From Camelus dromedarius (lineage: Eukaryota): 64,000 nt of DNA. Of this stretch, positions 26,396 to 40,588 are shown piece after piece. Both the position numbers and the translations under genes were made by a program. The stretch lies in NCBI RefSeq assembly GCF_036321535.1, contig NC_087437.1, positions 96,722,001-96,786,000 on the forward strand, in the 5' to 3' direction. The first letter of the stretch is position 1. The number at the start of each line of letters is the position of its first letter. The notes beneath the pieces are model-generated. The model saw only the letters and a program-made list of their open reading frames with translations, was not told the DNA's origin and made no database searches.

Positions 26396-28505
26396 GTATC
26401 TAACTTACTTTCAGCAGAGAATGAATAACCATGTGGTAGGGCAAATATAGTTCTAACTATGTTTTGCTTACACTGTCAGATACTAAGTAATTTTCTTTGG
26501 ACAGGAAGGTCTATGTTCTGAGTGGCATAAATTTCACACTCATAATAAAAACAAGCAACAGCATTGAAGACCTGGAAGTTCTATTTGTTCATGGAAATTT
26601 ATGAGGCAACCCCTTTAAATTTATATAGTTTTCCATATGTACAGCAAAGTGAGTATCTGATTAAAAGCTTTCAAATAACACTGCTTTTGAGGATATATAT
26701 TCTCCATGCTGGGGTCATTAGCCTTACTGGAATGAAAAGCACGAATTCAGAGCTTTCTGAACTCTACCATACTCTATTTTCTCTGATAGTTAAAGCCTTT
26801 CCTCTCCCACTAACGATCTATTCACTTGGTTTCTTATTGCAAATCAATAAATGTCAGGATATTCATGCTGTGCATATTAATATACTAAAAGCATTGTATG
26901 TTAATCTAATATTAGGCCTTTATCTATATTTTCTGTGGACAAGAAAATTATTTTTCTTTTCCTTGGGTTACCAATTTATTATCTCTTCAAAATTCTCAAA
27001 ACTCATTAAATCCCATGATAAAACAAAACAAAGTAGCATTGTGGAACCATGATTTATACAGCTCCCTTGAACAAACACAGAGATTCTAGCTGATGGTGGT
27101 TGTAAAAATATGAGCTACATTTCATTGTAATTGGTATTGATGACTTCAAACTGCACACAGAATTGAAAACTAGAAAACAATGCATACTGTGGGATGATAT
27201 TGCATTTAGATTAATTACTTATATGATTTAGAATGTTGCAATACAGCACATTACACAGTGGCTTGAATTAACTGTTAGCCATCATCTCCTGTAGGGAAAA
27301 ATAACCATAAGTTTCAATAGCTGTTATTTGGTAATGTTAATAGCATTGAGTTATATGTTGAATATCACATTAAAAAAATTGTCAGAGTTGGGTAGGGCCA
27401 GTAAAATTAACTTTTATGTGTTGACTTCCTAAATTGTTACATTCACAAACAACTTTGAACTTTAAATAATGTTACTTCAAAAGTTCTATATGTCTATTAT
27501 TAATGATTTTGCATATTCAGTGTATACTTGTGTGCATATGTCCTAACTGGAAATATATGAGGAGGAGAGCTACCTGATTATGCTGAAGAAAGAAAACCTG
27601 GCTAAGACTTTCAGAATAGTAATTTTAAGAGAGATGAAGAAACTAAATCAAGATGAATCCCAAAGTATTGGTAATGGGTACCCTAAACTTTCCTATTATG
27701 TTTTCACATTTTATTTTACCTTTTAAATAAGTAGGGGGAGAGAAAGGGAAATTAAAACAACATTCTTTTTCAATAAGCCTCATAAAATAAGTTACTGAGT
27801 TTGGGAAGGGAAAAAACAGTATTACCATCTCGAAAGATCTATTAGATCTCAAAAGATAAAAAAGTATAAATTCAAACCCTTCATTAATTTAAACCCAGAG
27901 GTTTAATGTTAATAATAGAATTCAGGAGGAAGAAAGATGAATAATAAATCCATTAGGTGTGAAAGAAACACAAGCATGTCCTTGTTCATGCATGCCCCTA
28001 TGCATGTGTACACACATAACGCTGTGTGAGAAAAGTGTCATTTCATCTATCATTATAACTCCTTGCAATGCTTTGTCCCAAATATTCTGCCAATTTTTTC
28101 TCCACAGTCTTATATCAGTGTTCTAGTACCAAATGCCAAGTCTTATTCAAATATTGGCATGGCAGCAATGTGAAAAATCAGAGTACTTAAGAGGAAGCAT
28201 TTTCCCAACAAGGAATAATTTTAAAATTTAAATTAAAAAAATTAAATTAAGTTTTGTTTCAGCAGCATAATACTCAACTTTTCTATTTTTTTCAAGTGTT
28301 ATCCTAAGAAGTGTCATGTTAATAACAAACATTTCAGCCCAAATGTTGCTTAAGATATGGGTCAACTTTAAAACAAAATCACTCCTTATCTACTTACTAA
28401 CATGATAGTGGGAAATAGAAAACTGGTTTATTTAGTCCTACCATATTATATGTTGTATATTATATATACACTAGGTCATATTATGTATATTCACTACATC
28501 ATAAA

Positions 28506-28680
28506 CGAGTGGTTAAGAGTGAATTCAGCCTGTAGAGATTCAAAAGCTACTCTGTTTCATTGGTCAGTTTATGTAACTTTCCTGTGCCTCAGTTTCATGA
28601 TCCAGAAAATGGATATAATATCTCATGTAAAGTGCTTAGAATAACACAAGTCTATATAGGTCCTCAGAAAAATACCTATT
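28506..28680 (+). mobile_element. MIR
   Basis: gtggttaagag...ctgtgcctcagtttc...tgtaaagtgcttagaa. Confidence 0.8.
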
Positions 28681-29289
28681 ATTTTCCAGTCCATGCAATT
28701 TATTTTCTTAATATTTTCACAGTTTCACATTAAATGGCTTTTTTATCGCTAAAGTACCAATTTTTTTCATTTGTCAGTGAAAATAAGAATGGAAAAGTAG
28801 TGATATTCAGCGAGTGTTTAATTATCATGTTAATAAGGACTTGAGGGAGCTAATAAATATAAAGAGACAGCTCTAACATCTTTTCTATGCATCCTGAATT
28901 ATAGTATAATATCTTAAACTGTACACATGCATTTTCTAAACAGCACAGTGGGGAAATCTGAAGATTCTCGTTGGAGTGGCCCTCCAAGTAAGCAGCATCA
29001 TGATAGGACTAGGTATAACCATTTCTTTTCTAGACTAACTCTATTGAAATGTAGTGTAAGGCTCAGTTCCAATGACATCCATTCACTTCTTGATCTCAGA
29101 GCACACACTATAGCTCAGAAAGGAAGTTGTTTTAGGCTTTGTTGATAGAACAAAGAATCAGAGGCATGCATGTCTCAGTTCTTCTGCAGCAAAGAAAATT
29201 ACTCCACTGGACATAACGGGGTCTTGGAAATAAGGCCTACACCAGCAGAATGAAATGGAAACTAAAAGACATTTATCAAGATAACTTTA

Positions 29290-29390
29290 AGGAAGAGAAG
29301 GAAGGAAGGAAGAGGATGGAAGGAAGTAGAAGGAAGGAAGGAAGGAACAAAGGAAGGAAAGGAAGAAGAAGGAAAGGTGAAGAAAGAGAG
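29290..29390. repeat. (GGAA)n-like purine tract
   Basis: Degenerate ggaa repeats. Confidence 0.9.
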
Positions 29391-31448
29391 TAAGAACATT
29401 GTCTTCTGGGTTTCTGACCTTGATCATGGCCCAAACTCCACAACACAACTTAGGTAAATTATTGATAGAGTTCTGTGGAAAGTGCTTTTTAGCCTGACTT
29501 ATTCACATAATTGACTCAATTCTCAATTTACTACTTCACTTTGGTGGTGGGGATGCGGCCAAAGAGGATTTTTGGCAACGGTCCATTCCCCTACTGACCT
29601 TTTCCTAATCAGGTTAACCACAGATGGAAAGAGTTGATTTAAACTGTATTTTTATTTGGTCCTTTCCCTATACCGGAAAAAACAGGAGTAATAGCACCAC
29701 CTTTGTATCTGCTACAAATGGGTGTTTCTTAATGATTCTTTCAAAAATCTGCTATTCTGACAGGAATTAAGATAAGCAATGATATAATGATCACATCAAC
29801 AAATAGGTTGCATAAAATTTTAGTTCGTCTTATAATTACCTTGTAACCAAATAAAGTATAGCCCATATATGTGCATTTTTAAAGTAAAACATGTATAAAT
29901 TTCAAAAAAGCACATATGTTGACAAATGATCTTTGTAGATGAATACTGCTTTGGTTCTGATTTTGCATTTTCTATATGTGGCAGAATAAACCCTTTTTAA
30001 ATATTAATAAACATGCTTTTAATTCATTAGATACTTGCCATGCAAAAAAAATTCTTGTAAACGAAATGAAATGCATATGTGGAGGAATTTTAATTTAAAC
30101 TATTCCCAGGGGATATCTATTTATGCACAAATTAACTTGGTAATCAGCAACGATACAAAGAATATATGAGAACTGGTATATCATTCTAAGGGCAGTGTGT
30201 AAAAGAGAGGAATTTAGAATTACTGCTTTGAACACAAATTAAAACTGACTTCTTAAAGAAACTAGAAGATGAAGCTAATTTTTAGAAAGTGTATGAATTC
30301 TTGATGGCATAAAACCCCTTGCAGTATCCTGGTAAAATATATTAGTACATTGGTTTTGCCTTATCTTTTGTGACTACTTTTCCCCAAAGAGAAATAGGGC
30401 CAAGTAAATAGTGCTAGAAGGCAAGGAATTCAGCTATAAAACTTGATGAAGATTTCAATCAAAGGGAAGTCACACTGACTATAGCACTGAGAAGGAAAAT
30501 AATATTGTGGCCCTGATAGCCCCCTTCTCTGCCTGGCCCCCATCGCCCCAGCAGTGTGGAACTTAAACAAAACGAATAGAGCAAATAGGACTGTAAAAGC
30601 ATGTTCTTTATAAATGGTCAAGATCTCTAGAGGGCAGTGTATTAAACTGCAGATACTATCAAGCTAAACCCCAAATCACGAAAGCATGAAATTAGTAATT
30701 GACTCAATTTGCCTCATTTATTAGTAGCTCAGACCTCTGCTTGAATTAATATTGCCCAATGGAATTTCAAATAGTGGTGACATGGCTTATCATGGCAGAG
30801 ATTAGTGCCTGCTTCTGTTACTGCGCTTCAAACATCCCATATCCACCAATTAGGTTAGCGCTAATCTAACATGCATGCTTTTGGCACTTTTATTGTCAAT
30901 AAGATGTGACATCAGTTGAGTATAACATCGTGTTCATTTTAGGCAGTGTAGAATTCACTCTGCCTTCAATTTGGCATGGTCTCTTCAGTTGCTTTTGTAT
31001 CTTGTCTCAGCTAGAGGTTCACTTATTACATTCCCTGATGGTTTCAATAACATATATCAGTTAAAGGTGGAGGTTAATTATCCATACGTGTGTAATATAC
31101 AAATTACTAATAACAGTGAGTTCCATACTATAATGCAAACAGCAGAACCAAGGGCAATTACATACTTTTTAATATTATATTTTTCTAGTAACTATGACTA
31201 ATATTTTCACACATTAATTTTACAGTATTATTAAAATAGGATCTCTTTTTTTAAAGAGTTGCTAATGGTCTTGTGTTATTTTAGTAATAACTAAAAGTGA
31301 TTTACTTTCTTATCTCAGAATTCAGACATTTATAGTAGACATTGGTACTTTCATGGGCATTATGGCAACAAGTCACAAGAAATTAGGGATTGTTTTCTAT
31401 TATTAAATAACTAAAAATATATTTTTTGGTACAAATCATCTTTTATAG

Positions 31449-31505
31449 AACCCAAATAAAGCTGGGTAGCAGAATCTCACCATGAATCAGACCTGGGTCT
31501 TGAAG
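31449..31505 (+). pseudogene. Candidate 57-nt exon TQIKLGSRISP*IRPGS*
   Basis: tcatcttttatag acceptor, AAG|gtaata donor; phase 2->2 joins the 32936 exon; two TGA. Confidence 0.45.
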
Positions 31506-32935
31506 GTAATAACATAAATCTTTAAAGCAGTGGCAACTCCTCAGAAGTTTAATCTTTAGGAAACAGCCCTGAAGATAAATACTTTACATTTTGTAACTTG
31601 GATTTTTATAAATTCCATCAGTGGCCAATGCATACTATACAGCCAACCATTTAAATAGGTGCTTTGCCTTTAAATTACATGGAACAATTTGTTTCATGAG
31701 GATACAATACATCTTTGCCTTTGTGGTATTAAAAGGAATTAAACAATGCCAAAATTTACAGACATATGAAATATTATAATCTGAATCTGTTTCAAATGCT
31801 TATCATAAAGTCATTGATATTTTTTAATGGTCAGTGTGTAATAAAAGTGCATCTTCAAAAAAATGAAAAGATTTTAATATTCCTGCCCGAAAATTGTATT
31901 AAGGGAAGGGAAGTAATTGTTACAAATGTCCTTGTTATAAGAGATTTCAGACAGAATTAATGACCACATGGAGTTAATGGCCCTAGGACCACAGGCTCTT
32001 CCAGTTGATCATTAATCCTCAGGAAATACTGGCATCGTATATGTTATTGTTGAAACTATATATAGCCAAGAGTTCCACTCTGTTCCTTCACTGTTTGAGT
32101 TATATCCCACCTGTTGAGTTCAAGTTGAATATGCAATGGAAAAAGTTCTGAAGGACACTAGCTATTATTACTAATAATTATCAAATGGATTATGTCCCCC
32201 TAGAGAGAAATGAACTGCTCTAATTTCCATGCAAATATAAATTAACTTCATTTTACAATTTTCCTAGCCAACATTTTCCTCAAACAGATATTTTAAAGTC
32301 ATTCAGTATTACACATATATATTTTAGATAATTTTCAATGTTTAATAAAATTCTGATTAATTATAACTATGAATTAGAAGTTTAAAATGGAAAATGCTGA
32401 GCCCAATAAATTCAGTGTACTAGGCTTTATGAAAGAGGCTGAACTTGAACAAAAGAGAAAAGAAATCAAAGCAGTAGAAATGTATATATTAATATAAACT
32501 AAAATTATTCACATAATTCTATATTGAATAATAATTATATTATTATTTAACTCAAATTAATACCATATTGATAATTATGGATGCATTATTTTATTTTGGA
32601 GTTAAATTATACTAATATATATATTATTGCAGTAAACTGTTTCCAACATATATGTATGTATTTTCATGTGAAATTGAAATACTAGAAATGAAAGAATGTA
32701 TGTCATTAGGTTAAATAAATGTATTTATTGATCATTTTTGTCCCTTCATTCTACTACTCCATTACTCCACTCTGTCAATTTTCTTTTTTATTCTTCCTGT
32801 AACATCCTGATTACATTATAATCTATTTGGTGTGAGTCAGAATTCTATCTTCTTTTCATATTTTGTGAATATCATTGTTGCTTTTACTTTGCCCTTCCCA
32901 CAACCTTTCCATGCATTTTTTCTAGCTTTTTCTAG

Positions 32936-33073
32936 CAGAATGGGTAACTGAAAGCAAAAGAATCCAAATCATCTCTGAATTACAGTAAAAAGCTTCTATC
33001 TTCCCTGGAGTGAAACCACACTTACGAGTCTGACAGAATACAGCTATTCTTGTGGTTGGACCCTTGGAGAACT
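32936..33073 (+). pseudogene. Candidate 138-nt exon RMGN*KQKNPNHL*ITVKSFYLPWSETTLTSLTEYSYSCGWTLGE
   Basis: Long pyrimidine tract with tandem tag/cag acceptor; donor gtaagc; phase 2->2; two TGA. Confidence 0.6.
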
Positions 33074-33294
33074 GTAAGCCTAGTGCAGGCAATGGATCTG
33101 ACTTTGCTTCTTTTATATTTTTTCTAATCTCTCTTAAACTTTCTGTTTTTTAATATTTGATTTCCTGTTATATTGGTCTTTGAAGAAGGCTGAGCTCCAA
33201 TAAGTAGGGAGCCAAAATGGCTGGTTTAAGTTTTGTTTAGTAGTTCAAGTTAAGAGAAAGGAAATAGAAAAAAGACAAGTAGATAAATGTAAAA

Positions 33295-33515
33295 ACACCC
33301 AGACCTGGAGTCTTATAACCTGAGTTTGTATCCCTGCTCTACCAGTTATGTAGCTGATCTTGGTCAAGTCATGTAAACTTGTTGGAACTCAGGTTCCTCA
33401 TTTTTAAAAATTTTTAAAAATATTATCATCTGGATAGAGTGAGTTAAATGTGATCATGAATGTGAAGTCATTTTCTCTACTGACTACTACATAATAGGTA
33501 CTCAATAAGTATTAA
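33295..33515 (+). mobile_element. MIR
   Basis: tcttggtcaagtc...ctcaggttcctcat...taggtactcaataa. Confidence 0.8.
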
Positions 33516-33704
33516 AAATAATCATTAAGTAAGATCTGGTCAAATCTACTTAACCAATAAGTATTCTTGTCCAAGTAGTTACTTTGGGCATTCCTTCTCA
33601 CATAATATCAGACTCTAATAGTTTGCAAGAAAAAATCATCAAAGAAATCAATATGAACACTATCAATTTAATACATGGATGTATTTTCTAAATAGGTATG
33701 AGTT

Positions 33705-33705
33705 T

Positions 33706-33764
<59 letters not shown>
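33705..33764. repeat. (TTTA)15 microsatellite
   Basis: Perfect tetranucleotide run. Confidence 0.95.
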
Positions 33765-34299
33765 TATTTTGTTTAGATAAATGTATGTACTAAATCATAT
33801 GTTGTCTAAAAAATGCAGCATATGCCCTTCAAATCCTTGAGAAAACTTGTAAATTGTTGACTTACTGATTCTTAATCTCTCTTCTAAATAATAAATATGT
33901 ACATTTCATAAATACTGAATTGAGATGAACAGCAATGCTAAGTTTTCTTTAATTACTTGACAATTACTAAACCTGTTGCTTGGGTATGAATTTTTAATTC
34001 AAATGAATAAGAAGAATCCTAATGGACATTGATTTTTAGAGAATGTCCTAATGTAGTATTAAAATGGAACAAAATATAGATTCACTCAATGGTGCTCCTA
34101 ATATAAAACACCATTTTCAATACAATTTCAATTATATTTTAACATTGCATGCAAAAGTCATGTCTAAAAGTTATATTTGAGATTATGTATAATCACAAAA
34201 TAAATAGATATAAATTAACAGGATACAACCCCTTCCTCACAGTTTGTTTCATTTTATTTTATTTCATAATGCATCTTCATATAATAAAAATACACTTTA

Positions 34300-36060
34300 G
34301 CAAAAATTGACAAGCTAATCTTAAAATTCATATGGAAATTCAAGGCACCTAGGACAGCCAAAGCATTCTTGAAAAAGAAAAACAAAGTTGGAGGACACAC
34401 TTGCCAATTACAAAACTTCTACAAAGTTACACTTATCAACACAGTGTACTTCTGCACAGCAAAGGACTTTCATAGACATTTTTCCAAAGAAGACATACAA
34501 ACGGCCAGTACATGAAAGGGTGCTCAACATGACTAATCATCAGGGAAATGCAGATAAAAACCACAATGAGGTACTACCCTATCCAGGTTAAAATGGCCAT
34601 CATCAAAAAGACAAGAGATAAGAAGCGTTGGTGAGGATATGGAGAAAAGAGAGCCCTTGTGCACTGTTGGTGAGGATGTAAGGTGGTGCAAATCCTACTA
34701 TTTGCAAAAACACGAATGGGCCTTGAGGGCATTATACTAAATGAAATATGTCAGACAGAGAAAGACAAAGACTGTACACTATCACGTATTTGTGAAATCT
34801 AAAAAAAATCAAACTCATAAAAACAGAGATTGAAATGGTGGTTACCAGGAGCTAGGAGTGGAGGAAATGGAGAGATGTTGATCAAAAGGTACAAACTTCC
34901 AGTTATGAGATGAATAAGTTCTAGGGATCTAATATATAACATGGTGATTATAGTTAACACTGTATTATATATACTTGAAAGTTATTAAGAGAGTAACAGA
35001 TGTTTTTTGTGTGTTCTCACCACAAAAATTGCAATTATATGAGGTGATGAATATGTTAACTAACCTTATTGTGGTAATAATCACTTAGCAATACATATGT
35101 TTATCAAATCATTATGCTGAATACCTTAAACTTACACAATGTTGTAAGTTAATTATATCTCAATAAAGCTGGAAAAATGATGGGAATAATAACACAAATA
35201 ATAATGTATTACAGATATTAGAATAAACATGTAGATAAATGGAAAAGATCTGAGAGTAGAAAGAAACCTTCATACCTGCAGTCAATTGATTTTCAGTAAT
35301 GATGTAATACTACTTAATTGGAAAAGAATCATCTTGAAACAAATGATGCTAGAAAAACTTGTAATTGATAGACAAAAGCACAAAATTGGATATCTACTTT
35401 ATACCATATACAAAAACTAATGTGAAATGGATCAAAGATCTAAACATAAAAGCTAAAACATAGAGAGAAAACGGGTGAATTTTAGTGATCTTGTATTTGG
35501 TAGTCTGTTTAGACATGATCCCAAACCAAAAGCAATAACAATAAAAATATATATAAACTGGCTTTCACCAAAATTAAAAACTTTTTACTTAAAGGACATC
35601 ATTGAGGAAGCAAAGAGACAACATACAAGATGGGAGAAAATTTTTGTAAATCGTAAATCTAAGAGACATACCTCAAATATGAGAATATTATATTATTAAT
35701 TTAAAAAATTAGAACACCTAGTTATAAAATGTGCAGGACATCTGAATAGATATTTTTCAAGGAATATATACAAATCACCAATAAGGACAAGAAAAGATAC
35801 TCAACATCATAAGTATCAGGAAATACAAATGAAAATTTCAGTCAGAACTACTTCACACCTACTAGGATGGTTATAAGAACAGGTTGAAGACGTGAAGAAA
35901 TTGGAACCCTCATATATAGCTGGTAGAAATGTAAAATGATACAGCCACTTTGGAAAAAAGTCTTGTGGTTTTTCAAAAGATTGAAGATAGAGTTATCATT
36001 TGTCCCGGCAATTCTATTCTATATATATAGAGAGAGAATAACAGTACTTTTGTAATAGCC
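34300..36060 (+). mobile_element. Old L1 ORF2 fragment interrupted by an L1MA-like 3' end (~34465-35177)
   Basis: aaaattcatatggaa...ttgaaaaagaaaaacaaagttggagg ORF2 motif; insert ends ttatatctcaataaagctggaaaaa; ORF2 motifs resume ~35220. Confidence 0.85.
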
Positions 36061-36064
36061 AGTT

Positions 36065-36415
36065 TTAAAGGTCACACTATATTTACAGTTACTACAAAAT
36101 ATTACAATACACCCTTGTAGACTATCTTACATCTACTAGTTTTTACCTTTTATTCTCCCATACCCATGTTGCTTCAATCCCCTTTCCTCTCCCTGCTGGT
36201 AACTACTATTTGTCCCCTATGAGTGAGTCTGCTTGTTTTTTGTTATATTCATTAGCCTGTTTTATCTTTTAGATTCCCCATGTAAGTGATAATATAAAGT
36301 ATTAGTCTTTCTCTGTCTGACTTATTTCACTTAGTATGATGCCCTCCAAGTACATCCATGTTGCTGCAAATGACAAAATTTTGTTCCTTTTTATGGCTAA
36401 GTAGTATTGACACCT

Positions 36416-36454
<39 letters not shown>

Positions 36455-38510
36455 TTTTTTAACTGAAGTATAGCCAGTTTACAATGTTGTGTCAATTTCT
36501 GGTGTACAACATGTTTCAGTCATACATGTACATACATATATTCCTTTACACATTATTTTTCATTATAGGTTACTATAAGCTATTGAATATAGTTCCCTGT
36601 GCTCTACAGTACGAACATGTTGTTTATGTATTTAATATATAGTAGCTAGCACCTGCAAATCTTGAACTCCCAAATTATTCCTTCCCACCTCCTTTACCCC
36701 CTGGTAACCATAAGTTTGTTTCTATGTCTATGAATCTGTTTCTGTTTTATAAATAAGTTCTTCTGAGTCATTCTTTTAAGATACCACATATAAGTGATAC
36801 ATTTTTCTTTCTCCTTCTGGCTTTCTTCACTTAGAATGACAGTCTACAGGTCCTTCCATGTTGCTGCAATTGACATTATTTTATTCCTTTTTATGGCTGA
36901 GCAGTATTTCATTGTGTATATATGTCACAACTTCTTTATCCAGTCATCTATTGATGGACATTTAGGTTGTTTCCATGTCTTGGCTATTGTAAATAGTGCT
37001 GCTATGAACATTTAGAGCATGTAGAGCAACTCTGAAAACCAAAAGGCAGCCACAGGTAGCAATAGGGGAAAATGGTGCACGTATCTTTTTGAATTAGAGC
37101 TTCCTTCGGATATACGCCAAAGAGGGGGATTGTTGGATCATATAATGAGTCTATTTTTAGTTTTCTGAGGAATCTTCATACTGTTTTCCACAATGGTTGC
37201 ACCAAACTACATTCTCACCAGTGGTGTAGGAGGGTTCCGTTTTCCCCACATTCTCTACAGCATTTATTGTTTGTGGACTTTTGATGGTTATTCTGACTGG
37301 TGTGAGGTGATACCACGTTGCAGTTTTGATTTGCATTTCTCTGATAATTGTCAATATTAAGAATTTTGTCATGTGCTTATTGGCCACTTGTATGTCTTCA
37401 TTGGAGAATTGCTTGTTTAAATCTTCTGCCCATTTGTGGATTGGGTTGTTTGCTTTTTTTGTTATTAAGTTGTATGAGCTTTTTATATATTCTGGAAATT
37501 AAACTCTTTGTCATCTCACCATTTGCAAATATTTTCTCCCATTCTATAGGTTGTCTTATTGTTTTCTTTACAGTTTCCTTTGCTGTGCAAAAGCTTATAA
37601 GTTTAATTAGGTCTCATTTATTTATCTTTGCTTTTATTTTTATTGCCTTGGCAGGCTGCCCTAGGAGAACAGTGCTAAAATTTGTCAGAGAATGTTTTGC
37701 CTATGTTTTCTTCTAGGAGGTTTATAGTGTTTTGTCTTATGTTTAAGTCTTTATGCCATTTTGAGTTTATTTTTGTGTATGGTGTGAGGGCATGTTCTAA
37801 CTTCACTGATTTACATGTTCCCAAAACCACTTGCTGAAGAAACTGTCTTTCCTCCATTGCATATTCTTGCCTCCTTTGTAGAAGACTAACTGACCATAAG
37901 TGTATGAGTTTATTTCTGGGCTCTCTATTCTGTTCCATTGATCCATATGCCTGTTTTTGTGCCAATACCACACTGTTTTGATTAATGTAGCTCTGTAGTA
38001 TTGTCTGAAGTCTGGGCGGGTTATTCCTCCAGCCTCATTCTTTTTCTTCAGTATTACTTTGGTAATTCTGGGTCTTTTGTGATTCTATATAAATTTTAGG
38101 ATTATTTGATCTAGTCTGTGAAAAATACCCTGGATAATTTGATAGGGATCACATTAAATCTGTAGATTGTTTTGGGTAGTATGGCCATTTTAATAATATT
38201 AATTCTTCTAATCCAAGAGCATGGGTTATCTTTCCATTTCTTTAAATTATCTTTAATTTCCTTAATCAATGATTTTTAGTTCTCTGCTATACCACATCTT
38301 CTTTATCTATTCATCTGTTGATGGACACTTAGGTTGCTTCCATATCTTGGCTATTGTAAATAATGTTGTTATGAACATTGTGGTGTGTGTATCTTTTCGA
38401 ATTAGTGGTTGTTTTTTCAGATATATACCCAGGGGTGGAGTTGCTGGGTCATATGGTAGTTCTACTTTTAGTTTTTGGAGAAACCTCTATATCATTTCCA
38501 TAATGGCTGT
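36065..38510 (-). mobile_element. Older L1 3' end split by a younger camelid-type L1 (~36415-38280) with (TTTA)n tail
   Basis: Host stops at gtagtattg (~36410) and resumes at taccacatcttctttatc (~38290); ORFs 37157..37387 and 37675..37971 are ORF2 C-terminal remnants (IIREMQIKT...YHLTPVR). Confidence 0.9.
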
Positions 38511-40568
38511 TAGGAGAATAGGCATTTCATTTTCCACTTACAGTGAACACAAATTTTTTCTGTCATTTATGCTGTCACATTAATGTGAGCTGTGGTAGTC
38601 TACCTTGAATCTCCAAGCATGAAGGGAGAGGGTAAAGAAGTTCATTTTCCAGCCTCCTTCTATTTAGCACACACTTAACTTCATACAGTAGCTGATGCTT
38701 TCTGTCATGACCTTAAACTTTTTTTATAGACTTAGGAAATTAGCATGGCTTCAGTAAGCTAAGGGTACATAGGAAGTGTTCTACCTTCTTTACATAGGCT
38801 AATGTGGTTTAGCCACCAATGGCCAAAGAAAGCCCTTGAGATCTAGCTCAGGCTACATCACATAGAGCAATTTTGAAAACCAAAAGGCAGCCAAGAGGTA
38901 GCAATGGGAAAAAAAAAAATCCTTCCATTTGCAGAGTTTTATATGTGATCTTTCTTGAGCTTTACCACCTTCTCATGAAATAAAATAAGTTATTTCTTGG
39001 AGTATGGACCAGATGTCTGTCCTAGCATAATCTCTAAATACTGCTGTTTACTTCCTTTATAACCTTAGGGAGCAATTCAGCAGAGACACATTTTCTACTC
39101 TGTCTCCATATCAGGTTTTCAAGTAAGGAGTCCTTTATTTGTCCATGACTATAATTGATTCCTGTTTAGTTCCTGACCTTATGAAGTTTCTTTTCAGGAA
39201 TCTCCTCAATTATGTTATGAAGTCAGTTTTCACTGAATAAAAGGGAACCTTAAATAGATGATACCAAATAATGAGAAAACAAAGACCTTAAAATGTGTAT
39301 ATGTATATATGTTTGCTTATGTAAGAACATTAATTAGATAAAGTTGTTCACTTTCCCAGCATAGTGAAATAAATCAAAACAAAACAGAAACCAAAAAGAG
39401 CCCTCAGAACTCTGAAATGCCCTTCTAAGCCTTTGCTTGGGCAATTTCCTTTTGAAAACCATGCCTGCACATTTGTTGTATTTGTGTGTGGGACCTTAGT
39501 AGGGTGATAACATATTTTATTTCCACTGTTGATTATAAGGTAGCAGTTTCTCTTCTTAAAACTAGTCAAGCATCTGGTTGTCTATTTTATTTTTTTGAGG
39601 CATAGACAATCCCTTTTTATCAGAACTTTGAAAATGTTCCCTATGATGTTGCTTTCATTTTTTACGTCCCAAAAGTGTTGATTTCTCTGGTTATTCATTT
39701 TGATTCTGTGAGCAGTATAGTTTCCACCTGGCAAAAGAGAGCTAAACTGAGCTACTTAGAGGAATACGTAGCATTTACTCATTGTTAAAAGACACTCAAA
39801 TACATTCCTATATATTTTCTAATTTTCCACAATGTATTGATAATCTTTTTAGGCACTGTAAAAAAACTCTGATGCTTCAAGTTAACTTTATTACATGGCA
39901 ATAACTTGTTACCCAAAAAAATTAGGCTAAAAATGTGAAATGGAAACCTGAATCAGAGTCTTGAACGTGGACTCTCCCTATCTGGAGCTAGTCACCTGCT
40001 TTATTTAGATTTGGATTTGCAATCACTTTACCCATGTGGTTAATTTTAAACTCAGTTTGAAAAATAACCATTGGGATCACCAGGAATATTTTCATGGCCA
40101 TATATAATTCAAACTTGCAAGTTCATTCTCGACTGGAAGAACGCTGGGGTTTTGGAATCTTGGGCTTTGATTGGGTGCACAGAAATTCATACATGTTAGA
40201 ATATCACCAAAGTATTTGTTAGGATAACTTTAAAATATAAACTGGTCTCTGTTAAACATATTTATTATTGCACACATATTTATTCTCTGATGAGAATATA
40301 TTATTATTAGCTGACATTTACAGACTATTTTCCTATTTTTACAAAGTACTATCTTTAGAAAAATATTAAATTTGATCCTAGTTCTATGTGACTGTCAAAT
40401 GCTTTACATCAAGGCATGCTAGATAGGAATCAATTAATTACAGTATTTAGCAATGAACACAATTTCTTCAAATGTTTGGCTAAAAATCTAGTCACATTAT
40501 AGCTCTCCTCTTATTAGAAATTTAATAATGAATTTAAAAATATGAGATTAGTTGTCTTGACTTCTAAG

Positions 40569-40588
40569 TGAATCAAAGATTGCTTCCG
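40569..40588 (+). pseudogene. Candidate 20-nt microexon (L)ESKIAS
   Basis: ttgacttctaag|TGAATCAAAGATTGCTTCCG|gtaagt; phase 2->1 bridges both flanking exons in frame. Confidence 0.5.

Noticed and set aside
26564..27052. Longest ORF (162 aa)
   Set aside because: Non-ATG start; L/I/F/S-rich composition typical of random AT-rich DNA; no domain or splice support.
29627..31066. Possible linking exons at ~29627-29648 and ~31011-31066
   Set aside because: No combination cleanly closes the phase 0->2 gap without a TAA stop or a weak donor.
37157..37971. ORFs in the 37-38 kb region as host genes
   Set aside because: They are frameshifted L1 ORF2 remnants and their antisense shadows.
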